Positions 18,597 to 28,618 of a stretch of 64,000 nt of DNA are shown here, in pieces. Made by a program: the position numbers and the translations under genes. The notes beneath the pieces were generated by a model. It was not told the origin of the DNA, made no database searches, and worked only from the letters and a program-made list of their open reading frames with translations. Every line of letters starts with the position of its first letter. Within the stretch, counting starts at the first letter, position 1. The DNA is from Alphaproteobacteria bacterium (GTDB taxonomy: Bacteria; Pseudomonadota; Alphaproteobacteria; Rs-D84): contig JAGCOR010000017.1 of NCBI GenBank assembly GCA_017642585.1, forward strand, positions 17,937 through 81,936, read 5' to 3'.

Positions 18597-19103
18597 TTAT
18601 TCGTTTCCTCTGCCACCAGCAAAATTCATAGCGGCCACACTTAATCTGTCGGATGTAGCGTTACCGCCATCACCGCCACCAGCCAAATGAGTTGTTACAT
18701 AAATCTTTTTTTCTGGGTTTGGTAAAAACAGTTTTGTTGCATCACTTTGTTCTATTATAAATCTGTCCAGATTTTGACTGTGTGGAAAAGTCAAACACAT
18801 AAACATATTATCAACGCTTAATTCGCCACCCAAGGTTAAAGGAATCCTGAATCTGATAGATGTGTTTTCTGGCATTTGTTTGCCCATAATTAAATTCATA
18901 AATTCATCTTGGGATAAATTCATAAAAGCGATTTCTTCAAAAGAATCTGTTAATGATGACATAAATTCATGACGCAACATGGAATAGGTTTTAAACCAAT
19001 CTTTGTCCACACAAGAACGTTTGGGTGTGTATTCCATAACAGGCATATCATCCATACCAAGAGAACTTAATCTCGCCATTGCAGAATCTTGGTTGAATTG
19101 CAT
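18597..19103 (-). CDS. Hypothetical 168-aa protein with a degenerate HNH/colicin-DNase-like segment and a Gly-rich tail
   Basis: RFRIPLTLGGELSVDNMFMCLTFPHSQNLDRF resembles the beta-beta-alpha-Me core (HH..P...GG....DN......H), but RF replaces the leading HH. The C-terminus is HLAGGGDGGNATSDRLSVAAMNFAGGRGNE. Confidence 0.35.
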   Translation of the reverse strand: MQFNQDSAMARLSSLGMDDMPVMEYTPKRSCVDKDWFKTYSMLRHEFMSSLTDSFEEIAFMNLSQDEFMNLIMGKQMPENTSIRFRIPLTLGGELSVDNMFMCLTFPHSQNLDRFIIEQSDATKLFLPNPEKKIYVTTHLAGGGDGGNATSDRLSVAAMNFAGGRGNE

Positions 19104-19129
19104 TTGTGTTATCCCTTTGTTACGTTACA

Positions 19130-20077
19130 TTACTGCATAAGATGCGGTGCCATAGATATTATATTATCAATATAATCTGAATATGCATCAAAATTTTCTT
19201 TTTCGTCTTCGTCTATGCTATCAGCCGGGTTATTAGAGATAAATTCAGATATTTCTTCAATTGAATGGAATACCATTATGTCATCGCCGGGGGTGTAGAC
19301 GTTCTTGGTATCCAATATAAATGCAAATATATTGATTGGAATATCTTCCAGTGTTTCTTCAAACAAAGCCCTTAATTTACCGATTGAGGCTTTCAGTTTA
19401 TTCATATCACAATCAACCGCACCCATCCACAAAACTTCGTGATTACCAATCGCAAATAAATTCGTTTTTAATCCTGCGATTGTTAAATTAGGTTTAACCA
19501 CATAACTGTTTTGTTCAAATATATTGCGTAATTCTTGGTCGTATATAGTTGTATTTTGTTGTGGTCCAGAATTATTTGGTGCAGGGTTTTGTTGTTGCAT
19601 ATAATTATTTTGCGCCAAAGTTTCCATGTTTCTTGGCAGATTCAATTTTGGCGGGCGATTTAATAAAACCGCAGTAGGAATATCAGATACCTGGGGTTCA
19701 GGTTCGGTGTGTGTGTTTTGCACCGGTTGGGTTTGTTGGACCGTTTGTTGTGGCGCAGGCTGTTTTTGTTCCATCACAGGTTGTTGATGAATTTGAGGTG
19801 TTGGTTGTTGTGGAATTACTGGTTTGGGTAATTTTCTGAAACGTGGGCGGAATATTAAATACAAACCAAATATCAATATAAACACACCAACACCCAAAGA
19901 TATATAGAAAGTTTTATCAATTGGGGTATGGGTGGCCTGAAGCGAAGCCAATTCTTGCCAGTGTTTTGCAGACAGCAAATTAAATCCAAATTTTGTGTTC
20001 AACCAGAAGGTCATTCCCAACACAACAGATATGATCAACAATATAGATAATAAAACGTGTTCAAAAAATTTTCTCAT
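19130..20077 (-). CDS. Hypothetical membrane protein (2 TM, P/Q-rich linker, C-terminal globular domain)
   Basis: Two TM helices in the first 80 aa. A linker rich in PQQPTPQIHQQPVMEQKQPAPQQTVQQTQP. An unrecognised ~150-aa acidic C-terminal domain. Confidence 0.6.
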   Translation of the reverse strand: MRKFFEHVLLSILLIISVVLGMTFWLNTKFGFNLLSAKHWQELASLQATHTPIDKTFYISLGVGVFILIFGLYLIFRPRFRKLPKPVIPQQPTPQIHQQPVMEQKQPAPQQTVQQTQPVQNTHTEPEPQVSDIPTAVLLNRPPKLNLPRNMETLAQNNYMQQQNPAPNNSGPQQNTTIYDQELRNIFEQNSYVVKPNLTIAGLKTNLFAIGNHEVLWMGAVDCDMNKLKASIGKLRALFEETLEDIPINIFAFILDTKNVYTPGDDIMVFHSIEEISEFISNNPADSIDEDEKENFDAYSDYIDNIISMAPHLMQ

Positions 20078-20101
20078 TTCGGTTTAATTGTATCATATTT
20101 T

Positions 20102-20794
20102 ATGATAAACTGGAATAAAATGATTGAACCAAATGAGATTTTTTTTGAAAACGACCAAAGAATAGCCCTGTGGTGTAATGATGTCCAGGACACAACTGAT
20201 TTAGCAGGCATCGCAAATTTGATTTTGGAAAAGAAAATACCTTTGGTTTCTGTGCCACCTGAAACGGTTTCTTTTTTGTGGGCGTGCCTTGAAAAGACAG
20301 ATGTAAAAATATTGACGCGGTATAATTTTTCAACATTTGGCCAATCTTTTGAAAATGCTTTTTCCGAAATATCCAAGAATATATCAGATGTTCAAAAGCA
20401 GGGCGCACACGGGGTTCAAATATTTTTGGACATGAATAATTTTGAAAAATTTATAAATACTATGTCTGTGATAAGGGACGGATTGTTCTTTTGGCATGAA
20501 TTAAGCATAATTATGGATATAGATAAAATAGAAATATTTGATTGGGATTTGATATTTAAAAAATTGCGCGAAATCAGGGCCACCGCCTTTGGTATTTATT
20601 CCAGTGAAGATAATTCAGGTAAAAATTCTAAATTCATAGGCCGAATTTTCACTATGTTGAAAAATTGGGATTTTATCGGCGATTTGCATTTAATTTTGAA
20701 AAATGATTTTTATCACATAGACCAGGTTATAAGATTGGTGGATGCAGAAAAGCCAGAATTGGTCGACAAAATACACGTTTTTATAGAATCTTAA
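20102..20794 (+). CDS. Hypothetical cytoplasmic protein
   Basis: Long ORF with no family I can recognise. The start is uncertain (20057, 20102 or 20120); 20057 would overlap the divergent gene. Its stop overlaps the trmB stop. Confidence 0.5.
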   Translation: MINWNKMIEPNEIFFENDQRIALWCNDVQDTTDLAGIANLILEKKIPLVSVPPETVSFLWACLEKTDVKILTRYNFSTFGQSFENAFSEISKNISDVQKQGAHGVQIFLDMNNFEKFINTMSVIRDGLFFWHELSIIMDIDKIEIFDWDLIFKKLREIRATAFGIYSSEDNSGKNSKFIGRIFTMLKNWDFIGDLHLILKNDFYHIDQVIRLVDAEKPELVDKIHVFIES

Positions 20795-21465
20795 ATATTG
20801 CCTAAAATCAAATATTTAGGTTCGGTTGTGCCGGCCTTGTTTTTTATTTGATATCTGGTTTTTATGATATCCAAAGATGTGGATGTTATTTGTAAATTTG
20901 TTTGTTTTAATTGTTCAACAATCCAATCATAATATTCCCAATGATCTGTCCCAATTATTATTTTGCCATCCTTGTCTAATTTAGATGACAGTAAATTCAA
21001 AAAGTCATGATTCAACAAACGTCTTTTTTCATGTTTTGCCTTTGGCCAAGGGTCAGGGTGTAATACCCAGATTTGTGCAAATTTTACATTTTTAAAATCA
21101 TCATTTTTTAATAATAAACGCACATCATCTGGGAAAATACGGATATTTTTATATTCGTCCATCAAGGTATTATCCGATTCGGTTGTAATGGCGGATAATA
21201 ATGCCGCGACCCCGTTTGCAAAGGGTTCAGCCCCGATTGCTATGGAATTTGAATTGTTTATTGCCAATTCCCGCAGGTGTTCGCCGTTACCGAATCCAAT
21301 CTCTAAAATCATTGGATTTTTGCCGTATTCGTCAGCTTTTGGTGCCAATTTTGGTAATAAATTATCTATCAGCCATGTTTTACGCAGGGATAATTTTTTC
21401 CCATGTCTGCGCCCAAAGGTTCGCAATTCATTTTGTTCAAAATGTTTTAATTCTTGTTTTTCCAT
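20791..21465 (-). CDS. trmB: tRNA (guanine-N7)-methyltransferase TrmB
   Basis: 224 aa. SAM motif ILEIGFGNGEHL and HPDPWPKAKHEKRRL. Confidence 0.9.
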   Translation of the reverse strand: MEKQELKHFEQNELRTFGRRHGKKLSLRKTWLIDNLLPKLAPKADEYGKNPMILEIGFGNGEHLRELAINNSNSIAIGAEPFANGVAALLSAITTESDNTLMDEYKNIRIFPDDVRLLLKNDDFKNVKFAQIWVLHPDPWPKAKHEKRRLLNHDFLNLLSSKLDKDGKIIIGTDHWEYYDWIVEQLKQTNLQITSTSLDIIKTRYQIKNKAGTTEPKYLILGNI

Positions 21466-21513
21466 ATAATTAGTATAAAATCAGTTTATTATAAAAACAA
21501 GGGTGAAATAAAA

Positions 21514-23091
21514 ATGCGTAATGGATTATCAAAAGATTTAATAGCACGTGTATTGGGCGGGGCGCCAAAATATACTTTGGATGAATTGGAAAGTAAATTT
21601 CCACCACGCCAATTACCAGAGGGGACATTGGTAACCAGATTTGCCCCCAGTCCAACGGGCTATATGCATTTGGGAAATTTATACAGTGCATTGATTGATT
21701 ATAAATTGGCAAATCAATCAAATGGTGTGTTTTTGTTACGCATAGAAGATACAGATACAAAACGCGAAATTAAAGAAGCGGTCGATATCGTTATAAATTC
21801 TTTGGCAAAGTTTGGGATAAAAAATGATAATGATTTGTCCGATTATGGTCCGTACTATCAATCACAAAGAAAAGATATTTACCATTCTGTTGTTGCGTAT
21901 TTATTGGAACGCGGTTTGGCATATCCTTGCTTTTTAAGTCAAGAAGAAATGGATTCTATTCGTGAAAAGCAAAGTGCTGCGGGTATGGCGACAGGGATTT
22001 ATGGCGAATTTGCACGCGACAGAGATATAAGCGAAGAAGATATTATCAAACATTTGGATAATGGTGAAACCCCAACGATACGTCTGTATTCTATGGGTAA
22101 TCCTGAAAACAGAATTTATTTCAAAGATTTTGTTCGTGGGTCTATATCTGTGCCTGAAAATAATGAAGACATAGTTTTAATTAAATCTACGGACAGATTG
22201 CCGACATACCATTTTGCGCATTTGGTTGATGATCATTTTATGCGCATTACCCACGTAGTTCGTGGTGAAGAATATTTTGGAACCGTTGCATTGCATATTC
22301 AAATGTTTCGTATGATGGGATGGCAATTACCAAATTATATTCATACTGCGACATTGGATAAAATTGATGAAGAAACCGGCAAACAAAGAAAGATGTCAAA
22401 ACGTAAAGACCCTGAAAACAATGTTGCGTTTTTCTTGGAACAGGGGTGGCCAACGGGTGCTGTGATTGAATATTTGGGTAATATTTTGGCACCGGGATAT
22501 GAAGAAGCTAAATTAAAAGGCCAGGTTAAATCTTTCTGGGATTATGAATTACGTCCAAAGAAAATACCTGCATCTGGATCTTTGTTTGATATGAAAAAAT
22601 TGGAATGGTGGTCCAAAGAATATATTGCCACATTGCCTGTGGATGTTTTGGTTAAAAATGTTGTCGATTGGGCAAACGAATATGGCGATGACAATAATAA
22701 AAAGCAAATCAGTGATGTTGATTATTTAACATCTGTGTTGTCTATTGAACGCGACAATCCAAAACGTATTCGTAAAGATTTTATTACATGGCAACAGACC
22801 TTAGCAGAGGTTGCTTATTTCTGGGATTTCTTGTTCGTTCCAAACAAAGAATACGAATATAACAAAGATGTATTGAAAGAATTTGCCGACACATTTAATG
22901 GGGCAGATGACAAGGATACATGGTGGAATAAAATCGTTGAAATTGCGAATAAATTTGGGGTTAAACCTGGGGATGTTGCAATGAATTTGCGTGTCGCGAT
23001 GACAGGCCGCACAAATACACCTGATTTGTATTCACTGATGCACGTGTTGGGTGGAAAACGTGTTCTGGACAGAATCAATATGGTTTTATAA
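21514..23091 (+). CDS. gltX: Glutamate--tRNA ligase
   Basis: Class I motifs FAPSPTGYMHLGN (HIGH-type) and KMSKRK (KMSKS). Also contains THVVRGEE. ATG at 21514. Confidence 0.9.
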   Translation: MRNGLSKDLIARVLGGAPKYTLDELESKFPPRQLPEGTLVTRFAPSPTGYMHLGNLYSALIDYKLANQSNGVFLLRIEDTDTKREIKEAVDIVINSLAKFGIKNDNDLSDYGPYYQSQRKDIYHSVVAYLLERGLAYPCFLSQEEMDSIREKQSAAGMATGIYGEFARDRDISEEDIIKHLDNGETPTIRLYSMGNPENRIYFKDFVRGSISVPENNEDIVLIKSTDRLPTYHFAHLVDDHFMRITHVVRGEEYFGTVALHIQMFRMMGWQLPNYIHTATLDKIDEETGKQRKMSKRKDPENNVAFFLEQGWPTGAVIEYLGNILAPGYEEAKLKGQVKSFWDYELRPKKIPASGSLFDMKKLEWWSKEYIATLPVDVLVKNVVDWANEYGDDNNKKQISDVDYLTSVLSIERDNPKRIRKDFITWQQTLAEVAYFWDFLFVPNKEYEYNKDVLKEFADTFNGADDKDTWWNKIVEIANKFGVKPGDVAMNLRVAMTGRTNTPDLYSLMHVLGGKRVLDRINMVL

Positions 23092-23117
23092 TTTATTATC
23101 AAAAAGGAAGGGGAAAA

Positions 23118-23882
23118 ATGAAAAAAACAAAAACCGCAGTTAAACAACAACTGCGTGAATTGAAACATGATAAACACGCATGGAATTTGTTGCGCGTATT
23201 GCAGGCCACCGGTTTATTCCGTTGGGAACGGCAATCCACCAAATCAGAAGAAGTTTTAAATATTTTAACACATGGAATTGGCATAGGTTTGGCAATTGCG
23301 GCTTTGTGTTTGTTGGTAACCTTTGCGGTGTTATATCATAACCCTTGGGCGATTGTGTCGTGTTCCATATTTGGTTTAACAATGTTCACACTTTATTTCG
23401 GTTCAACTATGTGCCATGCAACCATTGGCGATAAAAGCGAATGCTTTTTTGAAGTGTGGGATTCAATCGCAATTTATGCTTTGATAGCAGGAACCTATAC
23501 GCCGTTTTTATTAGTTAATTTGACCCATGGTGGATATTGCGGATTGGGGTGGACTATGTTTGGTATATTGTGGTCGATAGTTATTTTTGGCGCAATTATG
23601 AAAATACATAACCCACGCAAACAGCCGAAATGGATGGTTGTGTTATATTTAATTATGGGTTGGGCATTGTTATTTATTTTGCCGGCCATGATTAAAACTA
23701 TATCTGCACGCGGAATGTGGTTTGTTTTGGCGGGCGGATTATCTTATTCAATTGGGGTTATATTTTACCTGTGGCGAAGAATGAAGTTTGCACATGCATT
23801 GTGGCATTTGTTTGTTATCGGGGGCAGTGTGTGTTTCTTCTTTGCGGTGCTGTTCGGGTCTATAATAGATTTTGTGAAATAA
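23118..23882 (+). CDS. Hemolysin III / PAQR-family channel protein
   Basis: 254 aa, 7-TM. Shows the N-terminal EEVLNILTHGIG and the C-terminal His-containing FAHALWHLFV pattern. Confidence 0.8.
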   Translation: MKKTKTAVKQQLRELKHDKHAWNLLRVLQATGLFRWERQSTKSEEVLNILTHGIGIGLAIAALCLLVTFAVLYHNPWAIVSCSIFGLTMFTLYFGSTMCHATIGDKSECFFEVWDSIAIYALIAGTYTPFLLVNLTHGGYCGLGWTMFGILWSIVIFGAIMKIHNPRKQPKWMVVLYLIMGWALLFILPAMIKTISARGMWFVLAGGLSYSIGVIFYLWRRMKFAHALWHLFVIGGSVCFFFAVLFGSIIDFVK

Positions 23883-23911
23883 AAATACCGCCGATTTGGC
23901 GGTGTTTTTTT
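23881..23911. terminator. Bidirectional rho-independent terminator, CCGCC/GGCGG family
   Basis: AAAAAT-ACCGCC-gattt-GGCGGT-GTTTTTTT. It sits between the convergent hlyIII-like gene and der. Confidence 0.8.
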
Positions 23912-25238
23912 ATTCTTTATCAAATGGGTTTTCAGATTTGCTGTATTCAATTATAATAGGCAAATGTTCCCAATGCAAAGCGGTTGCAATTCCACGACGT
24001 AAATAGCGTGTATATGATTCAGGAATATCAGATGCACCACCAACATTTATTGAAATTTTCATAGGGCGACGTCCCGTTTGATGTGCAAATTTTATTTTCA
24101 TAGGACGTTTTAAACGCGACATAGGTGGTTGACGATCTGCGACCAATTTTTCAACAATTCTGTTTAATAAACTGGTCGGGGTTTCGGCGTCAGATATATC
24201 CCATTGTTCATAAATTCGTTTGAATAAATTTTGAATTCCTGTGCCTGTTTGGGCCGATATAGCCAATATCAAAGGTTTAATAATTTGGTGGAAAGAATTA
24301 GTAAATTGATGTTTCAATTTTAATAATTTTTCATCCCTTTCAATCGGGTCAACCAAATCCCATTTATTTAACGCGACACATAAAATTTTACCAGCATCAT
24401 AAACGCGGGCAGCGATAGATAATGCCTGGTTTTCTATATTTTTAGTTGCATCGACAATCAAAATTACGATATCCGCTTTATCGATAGCATCCAATGATTT
24501 TAATGCAGACAATGTTTCAACATCATCTGTAACACCGGCTTTACGGCGCAAACCCGCCGTGTCCATGATGACGATATCACGACCATAAAAATGCGTTGGT
24601 ATTTTTACCGTGTCGCGTGTGATGCCCGGTTCGTCCTTTACAATTTGACGGTTTTCGCCCAAAACACGATTTACGAAAGTTGATTTACCAACATTTGGTT
24701 GTCCTAAAACCGCGATTTTAACTTTTTTATCTGGTGAGATTTCAGTTGTTTCAACCGGTGCAATTTTATCTATAAATTCATATATTTCATCAAAACCACG
24801 TTTGTGTTCTGCCGATATCAAAACAGGTTCACCAAAACCCAATTTATAAAAATCATTTATATCCGCCAGACGTTTATTTGATTCAGATTTGTTAATCAAC
24901 AGTAAAGCAGGGGCCTTGGTTTTTTTATGAACCAATTTTGCCCATTCTAAATCCATAGGGTTTAAACCAACACGACCATCAACAACAAACAAAACCGCAT
25001 CCGCGTTTTCAATCGCTTTGATTGCCATATCGGTTGAATCATGTGCAATCCCAGATTTAGCATTTTCCAATCCTGCGGTATCAAATACAGTCCACGGACG
25101 ATTCGGCATAACACCAGATATTGTATCACGTGTAACACCGGGGCGATCATGAACAAGGGCGTCCCTGGAATTTGTAAGTCCATTAAAAAGTGTCGATTTG
25201 CCTGTATTAGGGCGACCAACGATAACTATGTTTTTCAT
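23910..25238 (-). CDS. der: Ribosome-associated GTPase Der (EngA)
   Basis: Two tandem GTPase domains (GRPNTGKST, DTAG; GQPNVGKST, DTAGLRR, NKWD) plus a KH-like C-terminus. The start is M at 25238, or at 25250/25274. Confidence 0.93.
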   Translation of the reverse strand: MKNIVIVGRPNTGKSTLFNGLTNSRDALVHDRPGVTRDTISGVMPNRPWTVFDTAGLENAKSGIAHDSTDMAIKAIENADAVLFVVDGRVGLNPMDLEWAKLVHKKTKAPALLLINKSESNKRLADINDFYKLGFGEPVLISAEHKRGFDEIYEFIDKIAPVETTEISPDKKVKIAVLGQPNVGKSTFVNRVLGENRQIVKDEPGITRDTVKIPTHFYGRDIVIMDTAGLRRKAGVTDDVETLSALKSLDAIDKADIVILIVDATKNIENQALSIAARVYDAGKILCVALNKWDLVDPIERDEKLLKLKHQFTNSFHQIIKPLILAISAQTGTGIQNLFKRIYEQWDISDAETPTSLLNRIVEKLVADRQPPMSRLKRPMKIKFAHQTGRRPMKISINVGGASDIPESYTRYLRRGIATALHWEHLPIIIEYSKSENPFDKE

Positions 25239-25308
25239 GTCTTTTTCCATTGATTTTTTATAATTATAAAGCAAAAATATAAATAATCAAACAGCGGAGG
25301 TATAAAAA

Positions 25309-25905
25309 ATGAGAAATAAAAAAAGAAGTTGGTTGTCCAGATTATTAGATATATTTTTTAGACCGAAGTATTTCTTCAGCAAATTGGTTGTTGATGGAAA
25401 AATGGAAGACGCCATGTTGCGCGCATTTATATGGGGGCTGATTGGTGGTATCGTTGTTTTGATTTTACATTTAATTCGTGGAAATGCTTTTACTGTATTT
25501 TCTTTGTTCAAAACATTTGTTGTTTTTCCGGTGATGGCGGTTGTTATGTTGTTCGTCTGTGCAGGGTTAATGATGTTGGTTTCTGAAATTACTTCTGGGG
25601 ACAGGGATTGGGAAATCGCGGTCAAAGGAATCGCATCTATATTCTTTGTTTATCCATTGGCTTTAGTTTTAAATGCATTGGCTTTTGATTGCAGATCTAT
25701 TTGGTTAATCAGTATGTTGACTGATTTATATATGCTGTTTTTGCTGTATAACATTGCAGTATATTGTTTACATGGTAAAAAAATCAGTGTGATTTTCGTG
25801 CTGATGGTTGGTGCTATGTTGTTGGCTGGAATATATTTGTCTGATTACAGAACGTTGTGGTTCTTGGTCAAAAATATACCGGCAACATTAACTTGTTTCT
25901 TTTAA
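25309..25905 (+). CDS. Polytopic membrane protein, Yip1-domain-like
   Basis: 198 aa with about 5 TM after a short basic N-terminus. The family assignment is tentative. Confidence 0.45.
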   Translation: MRNKKRSWLSRLLDIFFRPKYFFSKLVVDGKMEDAMLRAFIWGLIGGIVVLILHLIRGNAFTVFSLFKTFVVFPVMAVVMLFVCAGLMMLVSEITSGDRDWEIAVKGIASIFFVYPLALVLNALAFDCRSIWLISMLTDLYMLFLLYNIAVYCLHGKKISVIFVLMVGAMLLAGIYLSDYRTLWFLVKNIPATLTCFF

Positions 25906-25932
25906 CAAAAACCGCCATATTGGCGGTTTTTT
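25906..25932. terminator. Bidirectional rho-independent terminator, CCGCC/GGCGG family
   Basis: CAAAAA-CCGCC-atatt-GGCGG-TTTTTT. It sits between the convergent Yip1-like and porin-like genes. Confidence 0.8.
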
Positions 25933-26968
25933 AAAATCCACTTCGCAGTCCCACTGCAAAAAACGGGGTTGTGTCTGCAAGACCCGCAGACATAAATAAA
26001 CTGGTTTCTTCGGTGTATTTATATCTGAATGAACCCAGCACAGTATGTATATTATCGCCATGTTTTAATTTATTTCCAAATTCATCCCTGTGTGTCCAAA
26101 TGTTTGTATTAGAATACAGATATGTCAAAGAAACACTGGATTGTAATAAATCATAACTGACCCCAGAACCCGCGACAATACCGTCTGCGGTTTTATTGAT
26201 TGGGTTACGGTCATAAATCATACGGGCAGATGTGCCAAATACAAAACTGTTATATTGCAGGTTGATTCCCAATGCCACCTGGGTGCGCCAATCTGCCGTT
26301 ACATTTGGGGAATATGAATTTTCAACATAATCTTCTGGTTTGTTCATATATGACAGCGCCAAAGAATAGGCGGCCTTTAATTTCCCAGCCGGTTGTTTAA
26401 ATTTAAATGCGAAATCAATTGCATAATTATAATCGTCATTTAATCCAGATACAGAAAATCCGTATTGGCCATATTCTGTTTGTTTTGTGGCCAAATTTAA
26501 TCTTAACGCTTCATGTCCAGTTGTTGCAGCGGTATCAGATATTAAAACTTTTTTTAACTTTAATTCTTTGTGCAATATAGATTTATCATTGATTCTTAAA
26601 TACCCAACATCAGGCAATCCCAATCCCATTTTACGTGCGATAGAATGGGTTAAGCCAAATTCAGATCGACCAATATTTTTATCTTCAAATAAAATAAATG
26701 CATCATGTATATATTCGTCATCTTCTACGCAATCTGCATCCAATGAATAGACGGCACCAAAACGTTGTGTGTCGTTGAATTTATAGAAAGCCCGCGCCTT
26801 GACATCCCAATCGTCGATTACAATCATTTTATCGTCTTTGGGTTCCAAGAATCCAATCATGCCGTCTGCATCTAAATCAAATTTCCAATTGCCAGCAGAA
26901 TAATCAAGTGCATAGGCATTTGAACAAACAAATAATACAGTAAATAATGATATGATTTTATTTTGCAT
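25931..26968 (-). CDS. Predicted outer-membrane porin-like beta-barrel
   Basis: Signal peptide MQNKIISLFTVLFVCSNAYA. Amphipathic beta pattern throughout, ending AVGLRSGF. Confidence 0.6.
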   Translation of the reverse strand: MQNKIISLFTVLFVCSNAYALDYSAGNWKFDLDADGMIGFLEPKDDKMIVIDDWDVKARAFYKFNDTQRFGAVYSLDADCVEDDEYIHDAFILFEDKNIGRSEFGLTHSIARKMGLGLPDVGYLRINDKSILHKELKLKKVLISDTAATTGHEALRLNLATKQTEYGQYGFSVSGLNDDYNYAIDFAFKFKQPAGKLKAAYSLALSYMNKPEDYVENSYSPNVTADWRTQVALGINLQYNSFVFGTSARMIYDRNPINKTADGIVAGSGVSYDLLQSSVSLTYLYSNTNIWTHRDEFGNKLKHGDNIHTVLGSFRYKYTEETSLFMSAGLADTTPFFAVGLRSGF

Positions 26969-27902
26969 CTTTGGTTCCTGAAATCATTTTTGGTTTGTTT
27001 TCGGCATCTGCCAAAATCGCTTCGCGTAATTTATTGTATGCGCGTTCTTCTATTTGGCGAACGCGTTCACGTGATATACCATATTTTTGAGATAAAGTTT
27101 CCAATGTAGCAGCAGGGTCAGATAAACGGCGTGCCCGCAATATTTCGCGGTCACGTTCTGGTAAATTTTCCAGATGTTTTCTTAATAATTCATACCCGCG
27201 ACGTTTAAATTCCAATTGTTCAACACTTTCTTCGATGCCTGTTCTGGAATCTGCCATATTTGATAAAATATCTTTGGCGTCAGAATCTGTATTTAATGGT
27301 GCATTCAAAGACATATCGCGTGCAGACATGCGTGTCGCGACATGTTCCACATCAGATTCAGGCACAGATAAATATTCGGCAATTTGCTTTGTTTGGTCGG
27401 CAGATAAAGTGTTATCCATTATACCCAAAGCGCGTTTTGCGCGGGTCAGGTTAAAAAATACGCGTTTTTGATTGGCGGACGATCCTAATTTTACAATAGA
27501 CCAATTATTTAGTATAGTTTCGTAAATTTCTGCCTTGATCCAAAACATAGCATATGTGGAAAACCTGAAACCGCGTTCAGGATCGAATTTTTGCAAGGCC
27601 TGCATCAATCCCATATTGCCACTGGCGATTAAATCAGATATAGGCAAACCATAATTTTTGAAATCATATGCCACAGATACCACCAATCTTAAATGTGAAC
27701 CAACCAGCTTTTCTGCGGCTATGTTATCGTGTTCTTTGGCCCATCTGGTCGCATATTCGTATTCCTGTTCTGCGGTCAAAATAGGGAATTGTTGAATTTC
27801 TGCGATGTATTTAGATAAACTGACATCGTCATTGTTCCCCAAAACGACACTGGGGGTCGAATATGTCTTTGATGGTAAAGTTGTCTTGATTTGCTTTTTC
27901 AT
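26958..27902 (-). CDS. rpoH: RNA polymerase sigma-32 factor RpoH
   Basis: Sigma70 regions 2-4 (FRFSTYAMFWIKAEI) with the RpoH-box-like NQKRVFFNLTRAKR. C-terminal HTH ISRERVRQIEERA. Confidence 0.9.
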   Translation of the reverse strand: MKKQIKTTLPSKTYSTPSVVLGNNDDVSLSKYIAEIQQFPILTAEQEYEYATRWAKEHDNIAAEKLVGSHLRLVVSVAYDFKNYGLPISDLIASGNMGLMQALQKFDPERGFRFSTYAMFWIKAEIYETILNNWSIVKLGSSANQKRVFFNLTRAKRALGIMDNTLSADQTKQIAEYLSVPESDVEHVATRMSARDMSLNAPLNTDSDAKDILSNMADSRTGIEESVEQLEFKRRGYELLRKHLENLPERDREILRARRLSDPAATLETLSQKYGISRERVRQIEERAYNKLREAILADAENKPKMISGTKDAK

Positions 27903-27955
27903 AACTTTTATAGTATAGCAATAAAATAGAAATTATCAAGACAAGAGGAATTATT

Positions 27956-28609
27956 ATGACAAGTATCTTACAAAGAAACAAAAATTTGAAACAACCTGTG
28001 AAGAAAACACGTGAAGAATATGCCGAAGATGCCCTGTATCGTGAAGTTTGGGAAGATGTAAATAATGAAAAAACTCAACAATTTTTGAAAAAATATTGGC
28101 GTTATATTGTTGGGGCTGCGTTGGGAATAATGATAGTTGTGTGCGGAATTCAAATTGGGTTGCGTATGCATCATGCCGCCCAGATGGCAACTGCAACCGT
28201 GTATGAAACAGCCGTTGAAGATGTCGATGCCAAAGCTTTAGCGAATTTGGCCAAAGATACGGGCGGGGCTATGTCAGATTTGGCCTTGTTCCAATCTTAT
28301 TTAATCGACAAAGATGTTAAAAAATTGGAAGATTTAGCAGAAAATGGTCATACACGTGATTTCAAAGATTTGGCCAGATTGCATATCGCATCTATGAATG
28401 GTGATAAAATGACTGCTGTTGATTTTGAAAAATATTTATCCAGCATGGATACAAAAAAATCACCTTTCTTTTATACTGCACGTTTGATGGTTGCCCAAAA
28501 ATATTTGGCAAATGGCGAAAAAGACAAAGCAGATAAAATTTTAGATGTCATTATAAATGATAAAAATGCACCTGCATCAATTTCTGCAAATGCTCAATTG
28601 TTGAAATAG
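27956..28609 (+). CDS. YfgM-like membrane-anchored TPR-like protein
   Basis: An N-terminal cytoplasmic stretch, one TM (YIVGAALGIMIVVCGIQIGL), then a helical-repeat periplasmic domain. It sits just upstream of a BamB-like gene, as yfgM does in other proteobacteria. Confidence 0.5.
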   Translation: MTSILQRNKNLKQPVKKTREEYAEDALYREVWEDVNNEKTQQFLKKYWRYIVGAALGIMIVVCGIQIGLRMHHAAQMATATVYETAVEDVDAKALANLAKDTGGAMSDLALFQSYLIDKDVKKLEDLAENGHTRDFKDLARLHIASMNGDKMTAVDFEKYLSSMDTKKSPFFYTARLMVAQKYLANGEKDKADKILDVIINDKNAPASISANAQLLK

Positions 28610-28618
28610 GGGTAAATT

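Noticed and set aside
19130-19600. The C-terminal domain of the 315-aa membrane protein as a NERD or PD-(D/E)xK nuclease-like domain.
   Set aside because: It shows only a vague hydrophobic-acidic pattern (NLFAIGNHEVLWMGAVDCD), with no identifiable catalytic D/E-x-K triad. I leave it as unknown.
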